Shown here: one piece after another, positions 39,559 to 52,164 of the stretch
Layout: each line of letters opens with the position of its first letter
How positions within the stretch are numbered: position 1 is the stretch's first letter
Assembly: GCA_963808135.1 (NCBI GenBank)
Contig: CAWEFA010000124.1
Span: forward strand, 62,101-126,100
Length of the DNA: 64,000 bases
Origin: an uncultured Bacteroidota bacterium
GTDB taxonomy: Bacteria > Bacteroidota > Bacteroidia > Bacteroidales > DTGW01
Direction: 5' to 3'
Program-made: the position numbers and the translations under genes
The notes under the pieces: model-generated
Seen by the model: the letters and a program-made list of their open reading frames with translations, nothing else
Database searches by the model: none
Told to the model about the DNA's origin: nothing

Positions 39559-42500
39559 TTACTTCTTCAAAATTATCTGCCTGTCTATAGATCCGGCGGA
39601 AGTTTTTAACTGAATTATGTAGCTGCCACTTTCGAGCATTGACGCATCATAAGTCTGGGTGTAATAACCGGACTGCTGATTTTTCGTGTTGACAGTAACT
39701 AATGGTTCGCCAACAAGGTTAAGAATAGTCATTTCAACATTACATGTTACAGGCAACTGGTATGAAATGGACAGTTTGTCGCCAAACGGGTTGGGGAATA
39801 CTTTCATAAGCAACGAACCGTAATATTCCTTATCCTTAATACCCGTTAGAACTGTTACTATTGACGAGCAGGTGTCCTTATGATTGTTGTAGTCGGTAAC
39901 AATCAGGTGTACCAATTGATAACCGGTTGAAGTGAATACACTATTGTCAATGTAATAATCGTAGATAGCGCAATTATCATAACTTCCATTATTAATATCC
40001 TGCGGTTTAATGGTCGCTGTGCCGCCATTCAACGTAACAATTGTATCTTTACAAATTGCAACGGGCGAGATAGAGTCATTCTGGCAAGTGCTGATAGTAT
40101 CGCAAGCTTTAGCTTTCTGGTTTGTAACAGTATCGGCATATGTTAAGCATACATAGTAAAAACCGGCAGTATCGTAATAGTGCGTTGGCGTATTGCTTGT
40201 GCTGTCAGTTCCTCCATCGCCGAAGCTCCACCTCAACCTGCCCTGGTCGCCCAATCCGGCTCCGACAAAATCAACCGGGTACCCGCCTGCTTTTTGCGAA
40301 TAATCCTTAGCATCGTACCCAAACATTGCATAAAGACCAAAAGGCCGTTTAATATTTACAACCTGGTAGCTTCTGCTTGTGCAACCGCCAGGGGTTGAAA
40401 TATCCATAGAAACCAGATAAAATCCGCCTTTTGCATATTTATGGACTGCACTGTCAGATGAGTAAGAAATTGTGCTATCGCCAAAATTCCATTTAAACTT
40501 GTCAGGCTGTCCGAGCGATTGGCTTACAAATGAAACTTTTTTATGTAAAGTATCCACAGTGTAATTGAATTTGGCAAGGCAATTTGTCTTGGCATCGGCA
40601 TTTACATCAACCCATTTGCAATTAATGTTAGACACGCCTAAATTATTTGTAACCGACAAGCAAACATTGTAATATCCGACTTTTTTATAAGCATAAGTAG
40701 GATTTGTGTCGGATGAAAATGCGCAATTATTCAGTTTATCGCAATCATTAAAGTCCCATAGATACCTTTTAATATTGCCTTTTGAATTATCAAAGAACTT
40801 TACTGTATTGTCGGACGACGTATCAACCTGGTAGAAGAAATCGGCCAAACAATCGATACCTTCGGAACCTACAAGAACGGTAGTTTGGTAATAATCCATG
40901 CACCAGTTCTGGGAGTTAAACGTGTTCAAACCTATGGTGTAATAACCGGGATACTGGAATGTATGAACCGGGTTAACATCGGAGCTTAAAGTGCCATCGC
41001 CGAAGTACCAGTAATATTCGGTAGCTGCTCCTAATGCCTGGTTTTTACACGACACGGTCAGCGTATCGACAAAATAACTGAACTGGGCGCTGCAATTTAC
41101 GTTGCCCACCTGGATTTTCTGACTTGTGTAATTCGAACACAAACCTCCTGAATCGGAAACTGTAAGGGAAACATAATGTATGCCCTCGCTGCTGAAAGTA
41201 TGTGCCGGGTTTTGGTCAGTAGAGAAACTGCCATCGTCAAAACTCCAATAATAATTGGTTAAATTCCCGGTTGAAGTACTGGTGAACTGAACAGAATCAT
41301 TAGATACAACATAACTGAAACCGGCCTTACAGTCAACCTGTCCTATTTGCAGGAATTCGGAAGCATAATCGATACAATTAGTGCCGGATTTTTGTACTGA
41401 CAAGGTAATTAAATAAAATCCGGGATTGGTATAAGTTACAATAGGGGCCGAATCGGAAGAAGCGTTTCCGTTTCCGAATGTCCAGTAGTATTTATCATAA
41501 TCGCCTGTAGATTTATCGGCAAAATGCACCTCGTTGTTAACATTGTCTATTATATAACCTATCCCTGCCGTAATATTGCAAGCTTCTTCACCTACCAATA
41601 TTGACTGGCATTTCTTGTCGCTAACCCCGGTACTCCCGTTAAAAGCAGTCAAACAAACATTATATAAACCCGGGTTAGAATATCCTTTTATCGGGTTTAC
41701 AGTAGGTTTGAAAGAACCATCGCCGAATGTCCAGTAGTACGTTGAAGCATTGGCCGATTTGTTGGTAAATAAAACCGTATCCGTTCCTTGTTTTACGAAA
41801 TAAACAAAATCGGCTGTTGTTATTACTTCATTTTTGATTGAAACAGTTATCGCTTTGCTGATTTCGCTATAACATAAGGTAGTTTGGTCCCAGATAGACA
41901 TCAGGACTGTATAAATCCCCGATTTACTATAAGTGTGCGATGTATCCCTGGTAAAGCCAGAACTGCCGTCTCCAAAATCCCAGTAATAACTGCTCGCAGA
42001 TGACGATAAATTATTAAATGTTACATTACCGGTTGCAGTATCAACAAAATATGCAAAATCTGCATTACAGCGGATTTGTCCTACCGATACCTGGTTGCAA
42101 TAATTTTGAGTGCATGTTCCAGTGCTATCGGTTATAGTCTAGGCAAACATTGTAAACTCCGGCTTTATTATATGTCTTGGCCGGGGGATTTTGGATGTTT
42201 GATACTGTTCCATCGCCAAAAGTCCAGAAATAACTTGCTGCGTGAGAAGATTTATTATAAAAATCAACTGTAGAACCGCCATTGGTTGTATCGGAAGTAA
42301 AATATGCATAGCATCCGACGGAACCAATTAAAACAGTTGTATCGAGCTTTAATTTACACCCGGTAATCGGATCGAACATGGTTACATACATGTAATAAAC
42401 GCCGCCCTGCTTAAAGACATGGGAACCTGGATCGACAGCGCTTGAAGTTGTACCGTCGCCATAATACCAGAACCAAATTAAGTTGTCTTTATTGGGCGTA

Positions 42501-45500
42501 TTGTTGACAATAGAAACGCTATCGGAGCCGATATTTAAAATTAAATCCGGCTGGGGACAGGTAGCTTTTATCTGTATCCATTGTGATGACGTGCTTGTGC
42601 AATTTAGCAATGTTGTTGCCGTAAGCGTAACCTGATACCAGCCAGGGTTAGTGTATGAATGGCTGACATTTGATGACTGCGTAGTTACCTTAGCGCCGTC
42701 TCCAAAATCCCAGGCATATAACCCGCTCATCTCTGAAGCGCTTGTAAATTGTACATCCGAGCCATTATAAGTATAATAGAAATTAGCAACACATTGCTGC
42801 ATATTTCCAACAAAAATTTGCTGGCACGAAGTACAGGTTGTGTCTCCGCTATTTATGGCATTTAAACATACCAAATAATCGCCCATATTCGAATAGCTGT
42901 GAACAGGGTTCCTATTTGATGAAACGGTACTATCTCCAAAATTCCATAACAAATTAGTCCCGGCAACATCGGTGAGGTTATAAAACTCAACCGTAGCGCC
43001 TGATGATAAATATGCAAATTCAGCTCCGCACGATGGAGTGAATTTCCCGTTTATATGAATTTCCATGTTGGAAGTGTCGGCGCCGCAGCCGTTCGAGACA
43101 ATCAACATAACATTATAATCGCCGGGTTTCAGGTACACGTGCGACGGGGCAGATAAATTCGATGTATCGCCGTCGCCAAATTTCCATAAACTCTTATATC
43201 CGGTAGTATCGCCATACCAAGTTGAAGTTTGGAACTGAACCGGCAACCCGACCACATTTGTTGAACCACCGTTATTAACATTAATCTGGGCCGAAGGCAC
43301 AGAATACACTGAAATAACAACAGGGGTATGAATTGTATCCTTCCTGCCGCAGCTATTCTTAACTATTGCATAAGCATCATAATTTCCAGCTATCGAATAG
43401 GCATGGTATGCAACATTTTTATTTAGAGTATCTGAACCGCCATCTCCAAAATACCATTTTAAACTATTGCCTCCCACTGCAGTAAATTTAACAGGCGTTT
43501 CCGGGCATGCTGCAACTGAATTGTTAAATATATCCTTAACCTTGAAAATCCCGCTCATTAAGAAATTTATCCTATTTTGGCAAGGATCAGAAATAGGCGA
43601 AAACGAAATATGCTTCAGGGTATCGTACATATAATAATATTTACCTAACGTGGTTGAACAATTCGGATCATAAAAGTACAAATTCATTGAAGAGCTGTCT
43701 TCGAAAACAGAGCCGCTGCTAACCTCATTGCCGCTCAATGCGCCCTTCATTTTGGTTAATTCATAACTTCCAAAGTATTTGTAAGGAGGCAGCGTGGGAA
43801 TATCCATGCTGCTGCTATTGTTACTATTGTTTTGGATGCTTAAATTATAAAAAATACCGGCTCCCGCATCATATTCCCACTCGCCGTAATATGGCCGCGC
43901 CAAAGTGCAAACAGTAGAATCGGCAGGCTGAAGCGTAATGGTATCGGGTAGAGTAGTTGTACCGTTCCTTGGAACATAATATTTGGTTATGGTTTTTCCT
44001 GTAGCTTTATTTACAGGTATGGCATAAATATCGGGTTTGCCTGAAGTAATGGACTGGCTGTAACAATAATGCCCCAAAGCAATCCCACTGAATCGGAGCC
44101 GGCCTGATAAGGAACAAATGCTTTCACAATCTGCCCGGTATTTATAGTTGTTGCCTTAAATGTAACAACGCCTGAGGGATCCTGGTTTCCGCCCTGGTTC
44201 AGTCCTCCATTAAAGAAAAACAGGTAGAATGTGCTGTCCAGTGAACCATCGAAGCTTGGCCACTTTACAGGAATATCCAGTTCAGCGTCTCCCGGCAAAT
44301 GTCTGGCGCTCCAGTCCGATGTTTTTTTATCGTTGCTTTGTGTTGAATTTGAAATATAATACATGGGCGCGTGCGCTGCCGACGTTACCAGTATGCTGCC
44401 CGTATCGGTCAAGACATTGTTGCAGGCATTTGTTGCAGTAAACACATATTTGTATGTCTTTGTCAAATAATATGGGTGGCTTGCCAATGTGTTCAGATTT
44501 TTATCCGTTACGGTATCCTGATCAATAACTTTCGTGCTGTCGCCAAAGTCAATGGAGTATTTGAGGTTGCTGGACGTTGAATTATTATTATTCCCGTCAT
44601 AAAAGAATACTTTTTCACCCGGGCAAATTTCCTGGGGAACAACATCCAATACAGCATTTGGTTTTATGGTATCGCTTACAATAACATAACTATAATATAT
44701 TCCAGTGCCACCGCAACTGTTAACCGCTGTTAAAGTTACCCTGTAATTTCCGCTGTCTGTTGAATGATAAGAGTAAACCGGGTTTACTTCGCTTGATGTA
44801 TCGCCATTTCCAAAATTCCACCGGAACAACATGGATTCATTATTGCTTTGCCAACCGGAATTATTTATAAATTGAACAGGCTGGTTGGGGCAAACAGTTG
44901 TGGCTTGTTCGGTTTGATCTTTGTTGTTGTTATTATTGTTATTTTCCGAAGGTATATAAAACGATACATCGTAAATGGTACTGTTAGAAGTGTTTTGGCT
45001 TGACATAACCTTTTGACTGCTGTCAGCTTTTGAACTACATGCGTTGGTTACCGTGAGCTTTACGTTGTACTGCCCTACACTATTATATACTTTTACCGGG
45101 TCGGGAACTGAATCATAAGTTCCATCGCCGAAATCCCATTGGTATTTGCCGGCGCTTTGTGCCATAAACTGGATTGGGTTATTGCGGCATGCATCTCCAT
45201 TGTAATAGTTGTAATTAACATTAAAATTCGCATTGGCAATAATTCCATTAATAATATGAACAGTATCAGTAACCGTATTGGAATGCCCGCAAATATTGGT
45301 AACTGTCAAACTTATTATCTTGTCTCCCAAAGAGCCAAATGCAAATTGCGGGTTGGTTTCTGTGGATGTTGAAATGCTATCGAACGACCAATTGTAAGTT
45401 TTGTAATTTCCGTTCGTCCTGAATTGTATTAAATCGCCGGGGCAGAATGAATTGCCGAAATCGGTTGAAATTGATGGCTGCGGAGTTGCATCGGACGTTA

Positions 45501-47244
45501 CGTTAATAATACTTGTTAATATAGTATCTCCACCACATTCATTCAGTTGTACAAAAGCTTGCACGGTATCGATGCCAGGGTTGTTAAACTGGAAATTATT
45601 ATTGCCATACTCATCAATACCATTATTAACATAATGATCTACAAAATAAGAACCTTGCCCCTGCACCTGGAACCCAAGCCAATCGCCAGGACAAACCTCG
45701 TTCCCGCCGTATGGCACCAGTTGCAACATTGACTTGTCCTGATTAATATATGGATATTGATACGCTTGACCTACAATCGAATCATTTGATTTTTGATATA
45801 CGGTAAGCTGAATCTGATAATTCCCGCCATGAACCATGTAACCCATAGGATTAAATCCTGACAGGCTAACACTATCTTTCAACATGCCCATATTATCATA
45901 ATGTTTAATTGTCCAAACATTCAGATATGAACTTGTATCCGAATAGGAATATGAATTATTAACGACTATAACGCTTATATCAAAAGGGGCGCACTGTCCA
46001 GAGTAGTTTATATTAAAACTAACCCCTCCGCCGCCTTCGTTTGGCATAACATAAATTTGCTGGGAGGTTGAATCAAGATGTACTCCGGCAGAGGCAACCA
46101 ATTTGATTATATAAGATCCTGTCGCCATGAAATAATAAGGAGGTAAGGGTTGGTTTAAATAATCTGTCTTTCCGGCCCAAATACCATTCACATACCAATT
46201 ATATGTGGGAGATGCAGTATCAGGGAAAGTGCTTATATTTGAGGCAACATTCTGCAAACTATCACCCACGTAAATATTCGGTTTAAAAATATTTATATTT
46301 GCTTTATATTGTGTGCCTCCGCCGCTTTGCACAATAATTGGTACGGAGATTGAATCAAGATGTACACCGGCAGACGCAATCAATTTGATTATATAAGGTC
46401 CTGGCGCCATGAAAGGATAAGGTGGCAGAGATTGACTTAAAGAATACGTATAACCAGCCAAAATACCATTCACATACCAACTGTATGTGGGAGATGCAGT
46501 ATCAGGGAAGGTGCTTATATTTGAGGCAACATTCTGCAAACTATCACCCACGTAAATATTCGGTTTAAAAATATATATATTCGCTTTATATTGTGTTCCT
46601 CCACCGCTTTGCACATTAATTGTTGCAAAGGCTGAATCAGTATGTACAACGTCAGACGCAATTAATTTAATTGTATAAGGTCCTATCGAATCAAAACGAT
46701 AAGGAGGCAAGGGTTGGTTTAAATAACTTGTTGTGCCAATAGGAGAATTATTCACATACCAATTGAATACAAGAGTTGAAGTATCATGAAAGGTGCTTGA
46801 ATTTGAAGCAACATTCTGTAAACTATCGCCCACATAAATATTCGGCTTAAAAATATTTATATTCGCTTTATATTGTGTGCCGCCGCCGCTTTGCACAGTA
46901 ATTGGTACGGAGATTGAATCAAGATGTACTCCGGCAGAGGCAACCAATTTGATTATATAAGGTCCTGGCGCCATGAAAGGATAAGGTGGCAGAGATTGAC
47001 TTAAAGAATATGTATAACCAGTCAAAATACCATTCACATACCAACTGTATGTGGGAGATGCAGTATCAGGGAAGGTGCTTATATTTTTTACAACATCCAT
47101 CAAACTATCGCCCACGAAAGGACTGGGGTTGATAATTTCGATCTTCGCAGTATCCTGTGCTTTTGTATTGGTATTTAAAACAAGAATACCAAAACTTACC
47201 AACAGAGTAAGAATCCATATCCGGCTTTTCATAAAATTTTTCAT
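39559..47244 (-). pseudogene. Giant PKD-repeat T9SS adhesin (about 2560 codons) in three ORFs (44011-47244, 42125-44077, 39559-41901)
   Basis: Signal peptide only on the first ORF. W(D/N)FGDG PKD repeats throughout. T9SS CTD only on the last ORF (...VFPNPFGDKLSISYQL...). PKD sequence reads across both junctions after 1-nt corrections. Confidence 0.8.
46030..47155 (-). repeat. Four tandem 282-bp (94-aa) coding repeats at the adhesin N-terminus
   Basis: YKANI(N/Y)IFKPNIYVGDSLQNVASN... recurs at aa 125, 219 and 313. Near-identical DNA at 46221 and 46503, offset by 282. Confidence 0.85.
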
Positions 47245-47553
47245 AAGGTTTGGTTTTAATATTATTTTTTTTGTTTATTGTCTTTAAATAAAAATTACAC
47301 TCATTAACTTTTTCTATCTACCAAATCATTTTATTTATTTGGTTATCAAATAAATAAATAAATTACAACAGAAACTTCCATATAAAATAAATTTAAGCTA
47401 TTTAAATATAATATGCCAGCAAAACAGGTAAAATAATTATTAAAAAATATGTTTTATGGCAATAGTATCTTGAAAATACACCCAGATAGCCTATTCATCA
47501 AATTTTGCAAAATATATAACGCAGCCATGTTAATACTTTTGATTAAGTATAAT

Positions 47554-48426
47554 TTATTTATAAACTAACGACTTACGCTTAACCGAATAGGCTGCAAAAA
47601 ACCCGACAGCTTTATCCTTCGGATTAATATTGGTTGAAACATTGGCTGAAGGGCCGCTGAGAATTGGAATCTTTGGTTGAATTTCCTGTTTATATCCATC
47701 AATAAAGTTGTAATAATCTTCTGTAATCCCATCCAGCTCTAAAGTTATTGTGTCTCCTGTTTTTAGTCTTTCGTCCGGTTTGTTTTCATTAAGAAAATAT
47801 ACTGGCAGCCCTGAATAATATTTACCTTCAAAACCTACATTAGATGAAATGCTATACTCCTTTAAACTGTCTGTCAGCAGAACACTGTTTTTATAAACTT
47901 TTATACAATAAAAGTTTCGTCCACCAATATCTTGTGAATACAAAAGAATTAACCAACCTTTATTTTGGGAATTGTATTTTTGATAAACTATTTTGAATGA
48001 ATCGATAGGATTAATGCTTTTAATGGATGAAGAGGCAGTATACGTTTCCAAAACGCCATCGCCGTTAACATCCACATTTGAAATGTTAAGTTTATATGTT
48101 TTACCAGGGAGCCCAAACACATTGGGTTTTGTTTTATAAACGCCTTTCTTTACGGTATCTTCAGTAAGTTTAAAAGTATCGGCGCCATCGGTTATTGAAA
48201 CAATAGCATTGGAAACATACCTTAATGGTTGCGTATTTAAAGGATCGCCCGATTTCAATAGAGTAACCTTATGCTCAGTTGTATCGGTATTTATTGAACC
48301 GTCAACAACCAGCCTTGTATATGTGCTATCGAAGGAAAGATTAATATCCTCAGTGCATGCCCCGAATATTAAGGGAAATAATGTAATTACTGCCAGATTA
48401 ATTTTGTTGTTCATATAATATTTCAT
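47554..48426 (-). CDS. DUF4249-family lipoprotein
   Basis: 290 aa with a FGAC lipobox. The position downstream of a CarboxypepD_reg-type TonB receptor is typical. Confidence 0.7.
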   Translation of the reverse strand: MKYYMNNKINLAVITLFPLIFGACTEDINLSFDSTYTRLVVDGSINTDTTEHKVTLLKSGDPLNTQPLRYVSNAIVSITDGADTFKLTEDTVKKGVYKTKPNVFGLPGKTYKLNISNVDVNGDGVLETYTASSSIKSINPIDSFKIVYQKYNSQNKGWLILLYSQDIGGRNFYCIKVYKNSVLLTDSLKEYSISSNVGFEGKYYSGLPVYFLNENKPDERLKTGDTITLELDGITEDYYNFIDGYKQEIQPKIPILSGPSANVSTNINPKDKAVGFFAAYSVKRKSLVYK

Positions 48427-49260
48427 TTATTTTTAATTTTTAATATTTAGAAACTGAAATTGTAAGTAATTCCCGGGAAAAAGAGGAATGGCAAATAAGT
48501 TCGCTCGGCTTTATGTTTTTCAAGATCGAAATTTATCATCCAATCATTATGGCGACCATAAGCGTTATATAGCGAAAAAACCCATTCTCCCTGCCATATT
48601 CTTCCGGGAACTTCTTTCCCTTTTATAGTAAATGACAAGTCCAACCTGTGATAATACCTCATCTGGTATTCATTGCGGGCAGAATAGATAGGTACCGCAG
48701 TGTTCCCGACAACTTCGGAACCCACAGGAAAGGTAATAGGCGTGCCGGATGCAAATATCCAATTTGCGGAAAATGTCGCCCTCGCAGATATTTCATAATT
48801 AATAATAACTTTTATGTTGTTTGGTTTATCATAGGGCGCCGGATATGGTTTGCCATCATTTATTTCTGGAATTTTACGAATAGCTTTTGAAAGCGTATAA
48901 CTGATCCACCCGTTAATTTTCCCATCATCCTTTTTTATCAAAAATTCAACACCGTAACTTTTTGCAGTACCCGTGCGAACATCGCCATCGAGCAAAGAAT
49001 TGAAAAGCGGTTGCGTATGATCCCTGAAATCAATTACATCATACATTTGTTTATAGAAAGTTTCAATGGATGCTTCTATTTTATTGTTATCAAAATTTCT
49101 GAAATATCCTATAGCATATTGATTGGCTTTTTGAGGTTTGATATTCGGGTTTGCCGGAAACCAATAATCAAGAGGCATACCTCCGTTTGAAACAGATGCT
49201 AATTGTAAATATTGTATGGTACGGGAATAGCTTGCTTTTATTGATGAAATTTCGTTTAAT

Positions 49261-50257
49261 AGATATTATATAGATTAAAAAATTAATAAGTTCTTTTACA
49301 TATATTTGTAACCCATAGACACAATAACTATGGGATTAAAAGTTGACAAAGTAAGAAGGAATCCCGTTCAATTTCTTAGCCTCACAGGGTTTAATCCAGA
49401 TGAGTTTGATGAATTGGCATTAGAATTCCGAAATGAATGGGAACAATATTCCAATCATTTCACTTTAGAAGGAAAACCTCGACAACGAATAGCATTACCT
49501 AAATCAACAAGTGTTTTACCGGGCGTTCAGGACAAATTATTGTTTATATTAGTGTACCTAAAAACGTTTCCTTTACAAGAACTTCAGGCTGCTACTTTTT
49601 CGATGAACCAACCTCTAAGCCAATTTTTGGGTACATCTTTTAAGCCCAATTCTTGGCAAAACTCTTAAAAGGCTTAAAGAAATACCTGAACGAAACAATC
49701 AAAAGCTGGAACAGCTATTGAAAGATTGCCCTGACATATTGCTTGATGGAGTAGAAAGGAGTATTCAACGGCCACTAAATGCTGAGCAGCAACAAGACTG
49801 CTACAGTGGTAAAAAAAACTCATAGTGTCAAGAACAACATTCTTTCACTGCCCGATCGCCGAATTTTGTTCCTGAGCCGAACCTACAATGGTAGCGTACA
49901 CGATAAGAAAATTTGTAACGACCAGCCGCTAACCTTTCCAAAAGGAATAAACTTGTGGCAAGATACTGGCTTTGTAGGTCACTATCCTGAAGGAGTCAAT
50001 ATCCGAATGCCAAGCAAAAAGCCCAAAGGCAAGGAGTTGTCTAAAGAACAAAAACAGAAGAACCGGGAAATATTCAGGTTTAGGGTACTTGTCGAACACG
50101 CTATATGCGGAGCTAAGCGTTGCCGAATTATCAAAGAACGTTTACGTTGTCACAAGTTTGAATTCGATGATCTGATAATGGAACTCGCTTGTGGGTTACA
50201 TAATTTTAGAATAACTATGAAATGTGTCGCATAAATCAATTAATCTATATAATGTCT
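49261..50257 (+). mobile_element. 997-bp insertion sequence (IS5-superfamily, DDE_Tnp_4/Harbinger-like)
   Basis: 18-bp terminal inverted repeats AGATATTATATAGATTAA (49261-49278) and TTAATCTATATAATGTCT (50240-50257) with 1 mismatch. Flanking 3-bp direct repeat AAT (49258-49260 and 50258-50260). Confidence 0.8.
49330..50234 (+). pseudogene. IS transposase broken by two frameshifts
   Basis: HTH_Tnp_4-like N-terminus. Middle frame WVHLLSPILGKTLKRL...LLDGVERSIQRP...YSGKK. DDE part KTHSVKNN...QDTGFVGH...VEHAICGAKR. The shifts fall at the T5 run (49624-49628) and the A8 run (49811-49818). Confidence 0.75.
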
Positions 50258-51789
50258 AATGAATAAGCCAATCCCAACCGGGGTTCAAATCCATCGTATG
50301 TATTGAATATTTCCCCGCTTTTATAAGTGACAGTTTTTATATATTCATGGTTTGAATCGAAGATATTTAAATTCGACTTACCTATATTTTGAAATACAGA
50401 ATACCTTATCCCGTAATTGAATGTGAGTTTACCGCCGATTTTTTGCTGGTCCGAAATATAAATTGCATGTTCAAGTTCATAATTCTTCAGATTTGGAAAT
50501 ACCAATAAAGAATCTGATTGAATCCAGGCGTCAATAGGATTTAGCGTATGCAATATTGTGGAAACCCCAAATTTAACCTCATTATCTGGATTTGGATAAT
50601 AGTTGAAATCGGCCTTTAAGCAATAATCAAGCAAACTCGAATTCCACACATAATCCGCTCCACCTTGTTTCATTTCCAGGTTATAACCGTAATTTGAAAC
50701 AATTGCTGTTAGGTTTGAAAACAATTGACTTGAAAACTGATGGTTCCACCGTAAGGTAGCTGTTTTATTTCCAAATCCTGCACGCGACATACCTTTTTCT
50801 CCAAAAATATCCCTTCCCAAATATGCCGATAAAAAAAGCCGGTTGTTTTCGTTAAACTGGTGATTGATTTTCAAATTTAAATCATAAAAATACAGAATAG
50901 ACTTTTTAGCATTTGTATCAGTTAAGAACGGGAAAAAAATATCGGCATACGTTCTTCTCCCGGAAATAAGAAATGATGTTTTCTCGTTTACAATTGGGCC
51001 TTCAACTGTAAGGCGACTTGAAATTAAACCAACTCCGCCTGTTACAGCAAGCTTTTTTGCATTCCCTTCTTTCATCCGAACATCGAGCACTGATGATAAC
51101 CTTCCGCCATAGCAAGCCGGAATATCGCCTTTATATAACTTAATATCGCGAATTGCATCGTTATTAAAAACCGAGAAAAATCCCATGAGATGCGAAGCAT
51201 TATAAACTGTGGCTTCATCAAGCAGAATAAGATTTTGGTCAATACCTCCGCCACGTACACTGAATCCTGATGTGCCTTCGTTTGTAGGCAAAACACCCGG
51301 CAACATCTGAATCGCTTTTATTACATCAACCTCTCCCATTAATGCTGGAATTTGTTTTATATTTTTCATTTCCAGTTTGGAGACACTCATTTCAGGACTT
51401 TTAATTTTATCTTCAGGACGCTCGGCTTTTATAACAACCTCGTTCAATAAATTAATTTCTTCAGCAAGTTCAATATTTAAAACCAGGCTTTTGGTAAGGG
51501 TAACATTTTTTTTCTGGCCCTCGTACCCAACATATGAAAACTCAAATGTGTAATTACCGGGCAGCAGGCTGATTGAATAAAAGCCATACTGGTTTGTCAA
51601 TGAGCCGTTATTTATTTCTTTAACATACACCGTGGCTCCGGTGAGCGCTTCGCCGGTTTTTGCATCTTTAACATACCCGCTGACCGAAGTATGCATTTCG
51701 GCAGGGTTTGATGCAAATAAAAAATTCAGCGACCCGATAATAAAAAGTAATATTATCGTTAATATAAGCTTAGGGTAGTTTATTTTCAT

Positions 51790-51880
51790 ACGTAGATAAT
51801 TTTATTTTTTTATGGTCGTATGGAACACCCACATTATCTTCATTCGTGTTTGCGAATAGCAGAATCATGGGTGTTTCATA
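51790..51880 (-). promoter_or_regulatory. Conserved ~91-nt leader, copy B
   Basis: See copy A at 2825-2915. It abuts the ATG of the TonB-dependent receptor. Confidence 0.6.
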
Positions 51881-52164
51881 ATTTATTTGAACTTGTTAAT
51901 TTATGCACATTAATTTATTAAAGTGTTCCCAAAAGCAAAATAATAGTTGAATTTGCATACCATGTCCCATACATTTTGCAGATTTTAGCTATAATTGAAT
52001 TTTAATTATTTTATAAAAATAGCAGTATTGAATATCGTATAAGATACTTTTTCGGCAAACGGGAGAATAAAGCAGGTGAAAAATTAAAAAAAAATGAAAA
52101 TACTTCAGCCAAATAAATGGTTTTGCTATAATTTATTATTTTACAAATTACTAAGATGAGTTTC

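Larger units (their letters stand above)
48447..51789 (-). pseudogene. TonB-dependent receptor (CarboxypepD_reg type) interrupted by an IS (fragments 50258-51789 and 48447-49260)
   Basis: The N-terminal fragment ends ...FEPRLGLAYSL and reads into the IS. The C-terminal frame resumes (L)NEISSIKASYSRTIQYLQL.... Removing 49261-50260 restores AYSLNEISSIKASYSR in frame. Confidence 0.85.

Noticed and set aside
49811-49818. Programmed ribosomal frameshift at the A8 run of the IS transposase
   Set aside because: Reading through needs a +1 correction here and another at a T5 run upstream. Two same-direction single-base insertions match the error pattern seen in housekeeping genes, not a known -1 slippery-site mechanism.
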